Positions 13,003 to 25,018 of a DNA stretch of 64,000 nt are shown piece by piece. Origin of the DNA: Carcharhinus amblyrhynchos. Lineage: Eukaryota. Location of the stretch: contig OZ336894.1 of assembly GCA_965287045.1 (NCBI GenBank), positions 35,650,001-35,714,000 of the forward strand. The letters are read 5' to 3'. The notes beneath the pieces were generated by a model. It had not been told where the DNA came from. It saw only the letters and a list, made by a program, of their open reading frames with translations, and did no database searches. Made by a program: the position numbers and the translations under genes. Within the stretch, counting starts at the first letter, position 1; the number at the start of each line of letters is the position of its first letter.

Positions 13003-15004
13003 TTATGGGGCTAGGACGAAGGGGGTGGGACGCCCTGTCAGAGGGTTGGTGCATGTAGCCTCCAGGGGGGAGTTTAAAGTATAGGCACATGCACTGGTAA
13101 CCTTACGTATAAAATGGGGACGAAACAATGGAGAAACTTAACGAGAACAAACTTCGAATACCAAATTTCTTGCCAGCAGTTGCTTTGCAAGTCACCACTG
13201 TTTAACCATCTTCTTTTTAGCAGTTTAAAGTAGGAAGGGTATCACAACATACATTATATTTATTGGTAAACTATGTGCAGGTTTTATTCTCAGCCTTCAG
13301 CCTCAGGGTCTGGTACTTGTTCTATTGTGGGCTGTTGTTGGAGAGGAGACAACAGTGGGAGTAATCAGACTGGGAAAGCAATCAGGCGGGCTTTGAAGGG
13401 GAAGGTTAAAAAGATTCAACATTTGAGCTTTTTTGACAGTACTTTCTCTGTATTGTTGAATCGAGAGACAAGCTGCTGAAGCTTTTTATCTTGCACACAT
13501 CAGGACGAACATAAGAATGCCAAATTTCAAACAATCACGGCAATTTCTACTATAGAAGAAAAGGGTGCTGATCGGTTAGCAAGTTGATTCTGCTACGAAG
13601 AAAGCAACAAGGAACTATGTTCAAGCCTTTTCTAAATTACCCAGTAGTTTTGGGAGCCACGCATTCTAGATGTAAAAGCAAAATACTACGGATGTGAGAA
13701 ATCTGAAATCAAAACAGAAAATGCTGGATAAGTCCAGCAGGTCTGGAGGCATCTGTGGACAGAAACAGAGTTAATGGGTGGGATTTTCTCGCCCCAAGAC
13801 CAGAATATCCCACCTGAGGTCAATGGACCTTTGCGTGGTCCACATCCCGCCTGCTACGATTCCCGTGGCAGGTGGGATGGGAAAATTCTGAGACATACGG
13901 ACGCAAAGCATTAATCCATGAACCGTTAGTTCTACTTCTCCACATTTCTATATGTAATTTTGGCCCCAATGTATTCTGTACAGTATACCTATTAAGTAGT
14001 TGTGAATCTGGCTGATTCTCTTGAAAAGACTATACTGATGTGATCACTGAAGGGTAAGTTTGGATCAAACTATGCCAACATCCATTGCTGATCAGATTCA
14101 GTAGAAGATTACAAAATTGGAACTGAAAAGCAAAGATTTGGCAGCAAATAACATGTCTTTAATCACTGGATATGAAAACTTCAACAAGCTAGAGAGATAA
14201 ACACTGCAACTAGACACCAAGGAGGGAATCCGTGCTTCCCAACTCGACTTATTGGCCAGCAATCTCCCGCTGGGATTCTCTGGTCCCGCCGCAGTGAATG
14301 GAGTTTTGGCTGAGCGCCAAATTCTACCGTTCTCGCTGGCAGTGGTGTGAACGGAATCGGAGAATTCCAGACACCGTGTTGCTGATGTTATGTTGAGCGT
14401 CTTTCAAAAATGAGCAAGCAGGTTGAGGCAGTCTGGCATTTGAATATTTACAAAGCCTGCAGAGGATATCTAGGAGAAGGTGATCAATTTTGAAGGAGAT
14501 TGGTCACCGCTTTGACCCCCTAAATCATCCTTTGAAGACCTATGGAACAAACGCAAGCTCTGAATGGTCTGCAAGATTCAGAATTTGAAGTTTAGCTTAA
14601 AAAAATCTCCTCAGTGCACTCAAGAAATAGTTGGATGAACGAGGAACAAAGACTCTTTTGGCAATCTTATCATTCTACTTCTCCCTCCTATATCTCTGGT
14701 ATGGAGTGATGGAATACACTGCTCTAGGTGGAGTAGTTCAATGACCTATTTAAATGTTATTCTCACAATGATAGACAAAGCTCCAGCTTCATAATATTCA
14801 TTAATGCTGCATTTATGTCTGTTCCATTAATTTGTTTCTCTGCCAATGCCACCCAACGCTAAGAAAGCAGAAGGACAAATTAATATGCAACCAAAGCCAA
14901 ACACAGACAGATCCCAATATGGAATGGGAAACAAGAAAGTAGTGATTAACATTATTTACATGACCAAAGGCACTGAGTCTCATTGCAGGCGGACCTAGTT
15001 GCGG

Positions 15005-15290
15005 GGCAAGGGATTCCACAGTCATCTCACCAATAGCTCACCCAAATGGTGTGAAGGGCGGGGCCTTCCCATCCAGGGCCAGGGGTCAGAGGTCAGGGAA
15101 AGAAAATAGAACAACCAAGGCGACACCTTTCCCGACCTTGCGAACATCGTGAGTTTCCAATAATGCCTGGTGGTCGCAAACCTGAAGCACTTCCGGCCAA
15201 ATGCGCAAGGCGCAGGGATGCATTCGAACACCGCAAATCAGTGCTTGAGCCTGGCGTGGAGAGTGTGGCTTTGACATCTGAGGTAACTGG
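15005..15290 (+). promoter_or_regulatory. Promoter/enhancer-like motif cluster
   Basis: CCAAT at 15030 and 15157, GC box GGGCGGGGCC at 15056-15065, DR1 GGGTCA-G-AGGTCA at 15083-15095, ETS ACTTCCGG at 15189-15196, NRF1-like TGCGCAAGGCGCA at 15202-15214. Locally CpG-rich. Confidence 0.45.
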
Positions 15291-15714
15291 ACTCTTGTTG
15301 GGGAAACAGTAGCAGTATTGTTCAAAGGCTAGAGGGGTGGCAAACAGTGAGGACATTTATTCACCAGAAAAAGAATGGGAACTAGTGTTACGTAAACAGA
15401 TGTTCAGCTTTTACTTTTCTTATATTTCTTAGAGAACATGATAAATAAATCATTCACCACAACAATCTTCACAAAGTAGGCTTTTTCATTAAATACTTTC
15501 AAAAGGATTGGTAGAATTATGAACATAAGTGATGGTTAATAATGAAAATGGGGAACAGATGTCAGAGTCTGTGCATCAGTGGGAGCTGCTCATTATTTAC
15601 AATGAGTTATACTCCTGACAACAAGGTGAGGATGGCCAACGCACAGAAACAATGCCAAGGCCAGGACTGACACTGCACTTCATCAATTGGTTATTTTCCC
15701 AATGTAAAGCCCAT

Positions 15715-16140
15715 GGGTACAGATGGCTCCTGCTCTGACCAAGACTGCGTTAAACTCCAAAGCCCAGTCCATCACTTAAAACAGCCTCCCATCCACTGAC
15801 TCCGTCTACACTTCCAGCTGCCTCGGGGAAATAGCCAGCATAAATCAAGGACCCCACGCACCGGGGACATATTCTCTTCCGCCCTCTTCTGTTGGGACAA
15901 AGATACAAAAGTCTGAGAACAGGTACCAACCGACAAGTTTCTTCCCTGCTGCCATCAGACTTCTGAATGGACCTACCATATATTAAGCTTATCTTTCACT
16001 CCACTCTATTAACGTTACATACCCTCTCCTTCCCTTCTCCCCTATGTGCTATACATACGGTAAGCTTTGTCTGGATATCGCGCAAGAAGCAATGCTTTTC
16101 ACCGTATCCCAATACATGTGACAATGATAAATCAAATAAA
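15715..16140 (+). mobile_element. Rex1/Babar-type LINE 3' fragment
   Basis: Homologous to 11645-12030. Tail ttttcaccgtatcccaatacatgtgacaatgataaatcaaat. Confidence 0.7.
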
Positions 16141-18046
16141 CAGGATAAGACGAGGGATCATTCTGTCTTGCGCATCAGGCCCGAGAATAATAGAAACATC
16201 TCAAATCTAATCCGATCAGTGGCAATTTCACAATGCATTAACTGTTTTACATTTCTGCAGTGGGTCATCTGTCGGGGAGAGAGGGGAGGTGGGATGGTAA
16301 GTAAATACTTGGCTGCTTTTCTTGGACCATCATTTTCTCCTAGCCCAAAACTGCCTGGAAACTGGAATTTGACCCTCACGCAAGTGACAAGGATCGTCAT
16401 TCCTGAGGCTCCATGACCATAAAGGTACCCCAAATGGAAGGAAAACAAAAACAAGAGCTGAACTCCTTATAGAATCCCACTGTGCAGAATCAGTCCACTG
16501 AGTCTACACTGATCAGAGTCCCACCCAGGGCCAAACCCCATGCATTTACCCTAGGTCACGCCCCACCCCGACACTAAGGGGCAATTTGGCACGCTCGATC
16601 CACCTAACCTGCACATCTTTGGAATGTGGGAGGAAACCGGAGCATCCGGAGGAAACCCACGCAGACACGGGGAGAACGTGCAAACCCCACACACTGTAGA
16701 AGTGCACTGACGGAAAGATTCGAGCTGTCTGCAGCCACAAATAAGACCCCCTCAGGCAGGCAGGCAGGCAGGAGGATCGCAAAAGTTACAAAAAAAAACA
16801 AGCCAGGAACAAAATAACTGAATCAAAGTAGAATCAACATTGGAAACCTAAAGTGTGTAAAAAAAAACAAGTGGTGGACATGTTAGTCAGCTTGTGACAG
16901 TAAAATTGAGTATCCCAAATGTCCAAACTCCACACAGACAGCCAGCCCAGGCCAGAATCAAACCCAGATCTCTGGCATTGAGAGGCAGCAGTTCTAACCA
17001 CCGTAATGCCCTAATGCTGACCAGTCTTTTTTTAATAGAGTGCCTGGTCCACTCTGCGTTTTTATCATTTGCTCTTTTTTTTTGAGAGGAAGTGAAACAT
17101 CAACAGCTCCTTCCGAGCACTTTTTGCACTGATGGCGAAGAGAACGGCATTCGCGTCAAATTATTGAAGGCAGCGAGGGCCCTCAAACATCTGTAAACCA
17201 TTAATCAAACAGTGAGGGGTAAACACTTGTCACATTATGAATCCTTATCTCTCAATTTGCCAGCTGACCTGTGGCCCCCTCTTCAGCTTTTCCAATTAGG
17301 TTTGTGCTGAGTTGCCGAGGGTTTGATCGTTAACCAACGCTGAGTCAATACGATTGGAGGCAGAGCTTGATTCTTGACCTAAGTGTCTGGTGGGAAGGCC
17401 AACATTCGCCGCCATGTTTACAAAATTCAACTCCCATCTTTCCTGACAAACCCACTGGGGAACCCTTTAATTATGAATTTGTTGCAGGTATTTAATTAAT
17501 TAGATGCTCGCGAACAGCCGCTGGTAGGAGGCGGTTGTTCAACCAAATGGAGTATGACAAATAATTGGTGCTATGTTGTGGTACTCCCCTGCTGCTGTAA
17601 AGGACCTACTCTGCTGCTGAACAAGGCCAACAGATGCAATGAATTTGCTCCTAAATCTCGCCTAACCCCCACCCGCCTCAAAACCCTCTCAGCTTCCCAA
17701 AACACGTCTCCACGTGCGCTCACACTGAACACCCCGATATTCCTCAATTTTGTTTCGAAAATGCCTCATTTGCCCCAGTGGAACTCATTTTTCTCTGTTA
17801 AATTTATCTGTACAAAGTCACGCTAGGTACCAGCTAGCATGTGCACCTGTGGAAATCATAAGGGCATGGTTAACAAGAATGGCAGTAGTTCGCAACGAGT
17901 ACCCCTGACCGCTGTGCGGGTCCTCAAAGGCCTCTCTCCCCTTGCTTAGAAGTGGGAACAAAAACAAAAAAAGGTGTCCTCGTCTGAAGAGATAAGAAAC
18001 ATGCTTGGACAAATCGATCTGGTGAGTCCCCGTGGATTCCTCGTGC

Positions 18047-18181
18047 NNNNNNNNNNNNNNNNNNNNNNNNNNNNNNNNNNNNNNNNNNNNNNNNNNNNNN
18101 NNNNNNNNNNNNNNNNNNNNNNNNNNNNNNNNNNNNNNNNNNNNNNNNNNNNNNNNNNNNNNNNNNNNNNNNNNNNNNNNN
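18047..18181. other. Assembly gap (135 N) in the proximal BRINP1 3' UTR
   Basis: Run of N directly visible, ending 36 bp from the stop codon. Confidence 0.99.
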
Positions 18182-18217
18182 CAACTGTACATCTTACAAA
18201 TCCCGCGGGGGAAAACG

Positions 18218-19358
18218 TCAACAAAGTTTTGTTGTCAGCAGGTCCGCCTGCTTCAGAATCTCCGAGTTGTACATGTCCAGGGCGTGGTTGACGCGCATGA
18301 CCTCGCTGCTGTTGAGCTTCAGGCGGTGCTTCAGCATACAAGAGAAGAGGTCCAGGGGCGCCTTGCCCGCAGCCACCGGCGGGGCCAGCCGGTTGATGCG
18401 CTCCCGGATGTCCAGGAGCAGCAGCATGACGGAGGACGAGGAGTGGAACTGCGTCCCCTGCGCGTACGACTGGTTAACCTGCTGGACCGCGCTGCGCAGC
18501 AGGTCGGTGTTGAAGCGCAGGCTGTAGCCGTACACCTGCACGTCCGAGATCTTGATGTAGATCTGCCGCTTGTTGGGGTCCGAGAGGTCCACGGGGCCCT
18601 GGGCCGTCTCGTTGCGCAGCGAGGCCGGCAGCTTGGCGCGGCTGCGCAGGTAAACGTGCACAGTCTCGAAGACTGTCTTCCACCTGTTACCCAGCAGCAA
18701 GGTCCAGTTGTAGCAGGGCGAGTCGTGCAGTCTCGTTTTCTCCCAGGTGGGGTAGCCGTGCTCGCCGATGGGCGTACTCCAGCCCTCCGAGTGGCTGCCA
18801 CTGAAGGGGTTAATGTAAACAAAAAACACCGGGTCCAGGCTGCTGTTCCGCATCTGACAAATTTTCATGGATAGCCCCACCACCATGTGAATAAAATCCA
18901 CGCGGTTCTTGTTGCTTTTGAGGGTCAGCGACATCCGCTTCCGCCATCGGGGGTCAAAAAAGGTGTCGAGGCGAATCTCGTTGCTGATGAACATGGTCTG
19001 GATGGACAAGCGGGAGTCCTTTTTCGCCAGGAGGTAATTGAGTTCCAGGTCGTGGAAATCAAGCTCCGTCTCGAAGCTGACAAACTGCTCGCTGCGCTCC
19101 GAGTCCACGTTCTGCGGCTCGCAGCGGCCCCGGTACAGCTTGAAGCCTCGGTTACAAGAGCCGCACAGGGAGATGTTGGCCAGGCTGCACATGGCGCAGC
19201 TGCTGTTGCTTCCGATGTTGCAGGGGATGGTCCGCTGGCACACGTTGGCCACCGTGTGGCACACACAGCTCTTCTGGCTCTCCAGGAAGGTGCCCCAGTA
19301 GCCGTTTTCACTGCAGTACAGGAAGGACTGCACTCGGTTCAGCCACTGGTGGACCGAC
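18218..19358 (-). CDS. BRINP1: BRINP1 terminal coding exon (exon 8 by human numbering): Cys-rich/EGF-like segment and C-terminal BRINP domain
   Basis: Translation (..[94 protein letters not shown]) closely matches vertebrate BRINP1 as recalled. The acceptor is tttgctttctgtttgcAG (AG at 19360-19359) and the TGA stop is at 18220-18218. The first base completes the AG|G Arg codon from the preceding exon. Confidence 0.97.
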
Positions 19359-19429
19359 CTGCAAACAGAAAGCAAACAGGCACGTTTAGTCAGGATCAGG
19401 TCGGGAAAACGGGAAGGCGACTTGCTATC

Positions 19430-20520
19430 TCAATGGGGAGAGACTTCGAGGTGCTCCGGTGCAGAGGGATCTGGGTGTCCTCATTTAGGAGTCACAGAAA
19501 GCTAGCAAGCAGATACAGCAGATAATAACGAAAGTGAATGGAATGTTGGCATTTATAGCTAAAGGAATAGAATATAAAGGTAAGGAAGTATTGTTGCAAC
19601 TATACAAGGCATTGGTGAGGCCACATCTGGAGTATCGTACCAGTTTTGGTCTCTTTATTTGAGGCAAGACGTAGGAGGCAGTTCAGAGGCGGTTCACTCG
19701 AATGATTCCAGAGATGAGGGGTTTGTTGTGTGAAGAGCAACTGAACAGTTTAGGCCCATACTCCTTGGAATTTAGAGGGATGAGGTGAGACCAAATTGAG
19801 GGTGGCACTGTAGCACAGCGGTTAGCACTGCTGCTTCACAGCTCCAGGGACCTGGGTTCGATTCCCGGCTTGGGTCACTGTCTGTGTGGAGTTTGCACAT
19901 TCTCCTCGTGTCTGCGTGGGTTTCCTCCGGATTCTCCGGCTTCCTCCCACGGTCCAAAGATGTGTGGGTTCGGTTGATTGGCCATGCTAAAATTGCCCTT
20001 AGTGTCCTTAGATGCGTAGGTTAGAGGGATTAGTTGGCAAAATGTGTAGGGATATGGAGGTCGGGCCTGGGTGGGATTGTGGTTGGTGCAGACTCGATGG
20101 GCCAGATGGCTTCTTTAGGTACTGTAGGGTTTCTATGATTCTATGAGATATACAAGATGATAAAAGGTGTGAATAAAGTAGATATGAAGCAGATGCTTCC
20201 TCTTATAGGGGCATTCTAGGTTGAGAGGTCACAATCTCAGGATAAGAGGTAGCAAATTTAAAACAGAGTTGAGGAGAAATTACTTCTCCCAAGGAGTTGA
20301 GAGTCTGTGGGATTCTCGATCTCAAAGTGTGCTGGATGCTGGGACAGTGAGTAAACTTAAGGAGGACTTAGATTGATTTTTAGTTGGTAATGGGTTGAAG
20401 GGTTATGAGGAGAAGGCAGGAAAATGGAGATGAGGAGCGTATCAGCCATGATCGAATGGTGAAGCAGACTCGATGGGTCAAATGCCCTGATTTTGTTCTT
20501 CTATCTTACAAACTTATAAA
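19430..20520 (+). mobile_element. Old CR1 LINE 3' fragment interrupted by a SINE
   Basis: Degenerate ..NGMLAFIAKGIEYKGKEVLLQLYKALVRPHLEY.. and a CR1-type tail. SINE inserted at about 19801-20146. Confidence 0.85.
19801..20146 (+). mobile_element. HE1-like tRNA-derived SINE, CR1-type tail (type A)
   Basis: Pol III A box-like (agcacagcggttagc) and B box (gggttcgattccc), V-SINE-like core (ctgtgtggagtttgcacattctc..gggtttcctcc), tail ..ctgtagggtttctatgattctatg. Confidence 0.9.
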
Positions 20521-21339
20521 TTGAGTTCCTCTGAAAGGAGGTGTCAAGGCAACCAGCACCTGTCAACTCTCAAACCTCTTATTAATGAGAATGGAAAGGG
20601 CAGCAATATTGCAGGGACACCATCATTTCCAAGGCATAGACCATCCTGACTGGATATACATCTCCATTCTCCCCATGATACCAAAATCCTGGAACCCCCT
20701 TTCACATGGGAACACTTTCACCACAACTATTTGCAGTGGGTGCAGAAGAAGGTCCACCAAAGTTTTCTGTGTGAAACGAGGGAAGGGCAACAATTTGCAT
20801 GGGACAATTATGTTTTTTTTTAAAAATACTAGGACTATTGTAAACCTGAACATAAGAAAATAGAGGGTGTGATCTTACTGATGGTTCACGCCATGTTCCC
20901 ACTGCAGCATGGTTAGAGGATTTAGCACCCAGCCAAATCTCCGTTTACCACAGCAGGATGGGAAAATCCCACCAGCATGAACAGTGGTAACATTCCGGCC
21001 TGAGAATTTACACCTCAGGACATTACGGCAAAAAGCCATGTCAACAATTCAGGGGTAAACCCCCGAGAGTCTCCAGCTGAATCATTGCCTCTTTGCCTTT
21101 TGCTTGTTTGAGCTGTTCTTTTCCACTATCTTTTGCTGTGAGTCAGAATTGTTGGCATGTACGTGCTGCACATATACATGGAAAGACAGAGACCGGAAGT
21201 CTCTAGCCGATTCTCTGGTCACGTTGGAGTGCATCTCTTGCTGCGGGTTTCCCAATGGTGTGAGGTGGATTCGATAACAATTCCTACTAACAGCGGTGGG
21301 AAGGGAAGATTTCAACGACCCCCCCGGTCACTGAGAAAA

Positions 21340-21812
21340 ACGCTGAGGGGAGAATCTTGCCCAGACTTGGTTCACAAGAATGATTCCAGGAATGAAGGGT
21401 TTGTCATGCGGGGAGCGGCTGAGAAGTCTGAGCCTATGCTCGATGGTCTTTAGAAGGATGAAGGGGAAATCTAATGAATACTTACAGAATACTGAGAGGC
21501 TTAGATAGAGTGGACATGGGGAGGATGTTTCCACTAGTGGGAGAGATTAGAACTCGAGGGCACAACCTCAGAATGAAGGGACACTTCTTTACAACTGCGA
21601 TGAGGAGGAATTTCTTTAGCCTGAGGGTAGTGAATCTGTGCAACTCAGTGCCACAGACAGATAGGCCAAATCATTGACTTCTTTAAGACAGAGATAGATA
21701 AGTTCTTGATCAGTAAGGGCAGGAGAATGGGGATGAGAATCATATCAGCCGTGATTGAAGGGCAGGGCATCTTGATGGGCTGAATGGCCTAATTCTGTTC
21801 CTAGACCTTATC
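21340..21812 (+). mobile_element. CR1 LINE 3' fragment
   Basis: TYRILRGLDRVD..RTRGHNL..RRNFFSLRVVNLCNS followed by the 3' tail. Confidence 0.85.
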
Positions 21813-24389
21813 ACTTCCAGTGACTAAAGCAAGGTAATTACTCTTGCACAGAGGATGGATTAACCTAATTGATGGTAACACATCAGAAGCAATTCAAACC
21901 ACTCCACGAATCATGGGATCGTACACCATTTATTTAACTCAACCTCATTCATAGGACATTATTTTCACCTTACATCGTCTCAAGTGTGCTGGTCTACAAA
22001 CTTTAGCAGCTGTGCTAAAGTTGTATAAAACAGGATTCGGCCAAATTGGGAATACTGTGTTCAGTTCATAGAATCATAGATTCCCGACAGTGCAAAAGGA
22101 GGCCATTCAGTCCATCGAGCCTTCACCAACCACAATCCCATTCAGACTCTAATACCAAACTCCCACATGCTGATAATCCCCCTGATACTAAGGTCAATTT
22201 AGCATTGCCAATCAACCTGACCCGCACATCTCTGGACTGTGGGAGGAAACCGGAGCACCTGGAGGAAACCCAAGCAAACACTGGGAGAACGTGAAAACTC
22301 CACACAGACAGTGACCCAAAGCCAGAATTGAACCCAAGTCACTGGCACTGTGTGGCAGCAGTGCTAACCACTGTGGCACTGCGCGACTCTGTTCTGGGTA
22401 CAACACCTCAGAAACACCTTGGCAGGGAGGGAAAAGCAGATTCTGATGACTGATACTGGGGCCAGAAAGGCTAAATTGTGCAAAATGATTGCACTCACTA
22501 TTCCCTGAAGTATAAGTGGTTAAAAAGCAGTATATGTGAGCTGTTGGAAGGTGAACGAAGATTTCATGCTTCCTCTCGTGGGGGAGACCATGAGAAATTG
22601 AGGGTGAGCTGTTCAGAGGCTAATGGCAGAAAAGATTCCTTCACACAAGGGGTGACGGGTGAATTTACCATTTTTAAAACTGTGAACAATTCATTTTTAT
22701 TAGTCAAGGACATTTAGGGATATCGATCCAAAGCGGGTAAATGGAGTTTCCTCCCACAATCCAAGGATGTGCAAGTTAGATGCATTGGCCATGTTAAATT
22801 GCTCCGTAGTGTCCTGACTTGCATAGGTTAGAGGGATTAGTGGGGTAAATACGTGGGGTTATGGGGAAAGGGCCTCAGTGGGATTGTTGTCACTTTAACC
22901 CAATGGACCAAACAGCCCCTTCTGCACTGTAGGGTTTCTATGATTCTATGAGTTAAGGTGCAGATCAGCCATCATACACTTGAATGGTGAAGCAGGTTTG
23001 ACGGGCTGAATGGCTTGATACTGTTCATATGTTCTTACAGTAAATAATGTATATCTGTCTGGTATCCGAAGTATTATTCTGGTTTGATGTACCCACCTTC
23101 AAAACACTCTTCAATTTGGGCAAATCTCAGCCCATCGCACTGGGGAAAGGCAGTGATGTTATTATATTCTGTTACGGAGTAGGGATAGATGCTGGAATTC
23201 TACTGCCGCGCCCGCCACAGAATCAGAGCCGGAAGAGGGACGGACAATGGAAATGTCCGTTACGGCTCGAGCGAGGCTGTAAAATCCCACCCAGAAAGTC
23301 ACTCACGCTTGTGTTGAATGGCAAAGCAGGATTTTATATTCTTACACTGGTTTGTATCGCCTAATGTGATTTACACCAAAGCTCCTGAATTAATGAACCA
23401 CTGCTTCTTCTTCACAGGCCTGAGATCATGCTAATAGCAGATAAAATATTAGCAAAAGAACAGTGAGCAATTTCCTCCAAAAATCCTGCCTGCGTTTTAA
23501 CAGGATCAATCAATCATGTAACAGCAGCAAACCTATTAATGCGATTTTGATTACACACGCTTGCTTTTTTAATACAGTTGTCTGACTTAAGTTATTTCCC
23601 ATCAGCCATTCTCTTTCCATTTCTCTGCTCACCCATAGACATTTCCTTCTCCTTCCCGCCTGACTCTAGACTGGAAGTTAGGAGGCTTCGTAGTGACTCG
23701 TGAACCTCCGGCATCCCCCCAAAAAGGCGATTACCTTGTGTGCGCCTCGTCAAGTGCAGTTTATTTGACCTCATGGGCTCTCTCGGTCTAGTATGATCAC
23801 CTACTTTGCTGATGCTCACACACACAAACACTTTCAGGAGTTGATGCTGAGTGCTCATTGAGAAACTCTGGAGTTTGCAAGGTGGGTGGGGGGGGTTAAT
23901 TGAGGCATTTAAAATGGTCAAGGGATCCAATGAGGAAAATTATTTCTTGTGGTGGGGAAATGCAAAACAAGGACACAGAAGCTTCAAATTCATAGCAGCA
24001 TTGTAGCCTACAGTGCAGAAGGAGGCTATTGGTCTATCGCGTTTATACTGATAACAATCCCACCCAGGTCTTATCCCTGTAACCCCACTCGCTCAATCCC
24101 CCAACACTAAGGGGCAATTTAGTATGGTCAACCCAGCTAATCCGTACATCTTTGGAGTGAGAGTGCAAACCGGAGCAGCCAGAGAAAACCCACACAGACA
24201 TGGGAAGAAGGTGCAAACTTCACGTAGACAGTAACCCGAGGCTGGAATTGAACCCGGATGCCTGGGGCTGTGAGCCAGCAATGCTAACCATTGTGCCACC
24301 ATGCTGCCCTTGGAGTTGGGTCATTTAGGAGAGAAATCAGTAAAGTTTTTTTTCTCATTAAATAGGGACTGCAAATCCGGAATTCATTT

Positions 24390-25018
24390 GCCAAAAAATG
24401 TTATGAATGTTAGTAAAAATGCAGTACTAGAGAAATTAATGGGACTGAAAGTTGGTAAATCCCCTAGACCTGATGATCTCTATCTGAAAATGTTGAAAGA
24501 AGTGGAGATAGAGATGGTGGATGTGTTCGTAACCACCTTCTAAAATTCTGTAGATCCTAGAATGGTTCCTGCAGATTGGAAGGTAGCAAATGTAACCTCA
24601 CTGTTTCGGAATGCAGTGAGAGAGAAAATTGGGAACTACAAACCTGTCAGCCTATCATGAGTGGTATGGGTAATGTTATAATCTGTTATAAAGGATGTTA
24701 TAACTGGACACTTAGAAAATAGTAAGACTGGACACAGTCAGCACTGACTTATGAAAAGACAAATTTGTTTGACAAAGTGCTGGAGTTTTGTGAGTATGTA
24801 ACCACCAGCATATGTAAAGGAAAAATAATGCCGGTGGTTTATTTGGATAATCAGAAGACTTTCGATAAAATCCCACATCAGAGGTTAGCAAGCAAAACTG
24901 AAGCACATTGGATTGGGAGTAATATACTGGCATTGATTGAGAATTGGTTCACTTACAGAAGACAGAGAGTAGGAATAAATGGGCCATTCTCAGACTGGCA
25001 GGCTATGACTAGTGTGAT
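24390..25018 (+). mobile_element. CR1 LINE RT-region fragment
   Basis: KSPRPDD, WKVANVTSLF and YLDNQKTFDKIPHQRL remnants, with stops and frameshifts. Confidence 0.85.

Noticed and set aside
18032-19525. Long plus-strand and alternative-frame ORFs (280, 212, 163, 128 aa)
   Set aside because: Shadow ORFs of the GC-rich BRINP1 exon with no recognisable protein features.
19801-19875. tRNA gene (A/B boxes), here and in other copies
   Set aside because: These are SINE heads continuing into core and tail, and no complete cloverleaf is evident.
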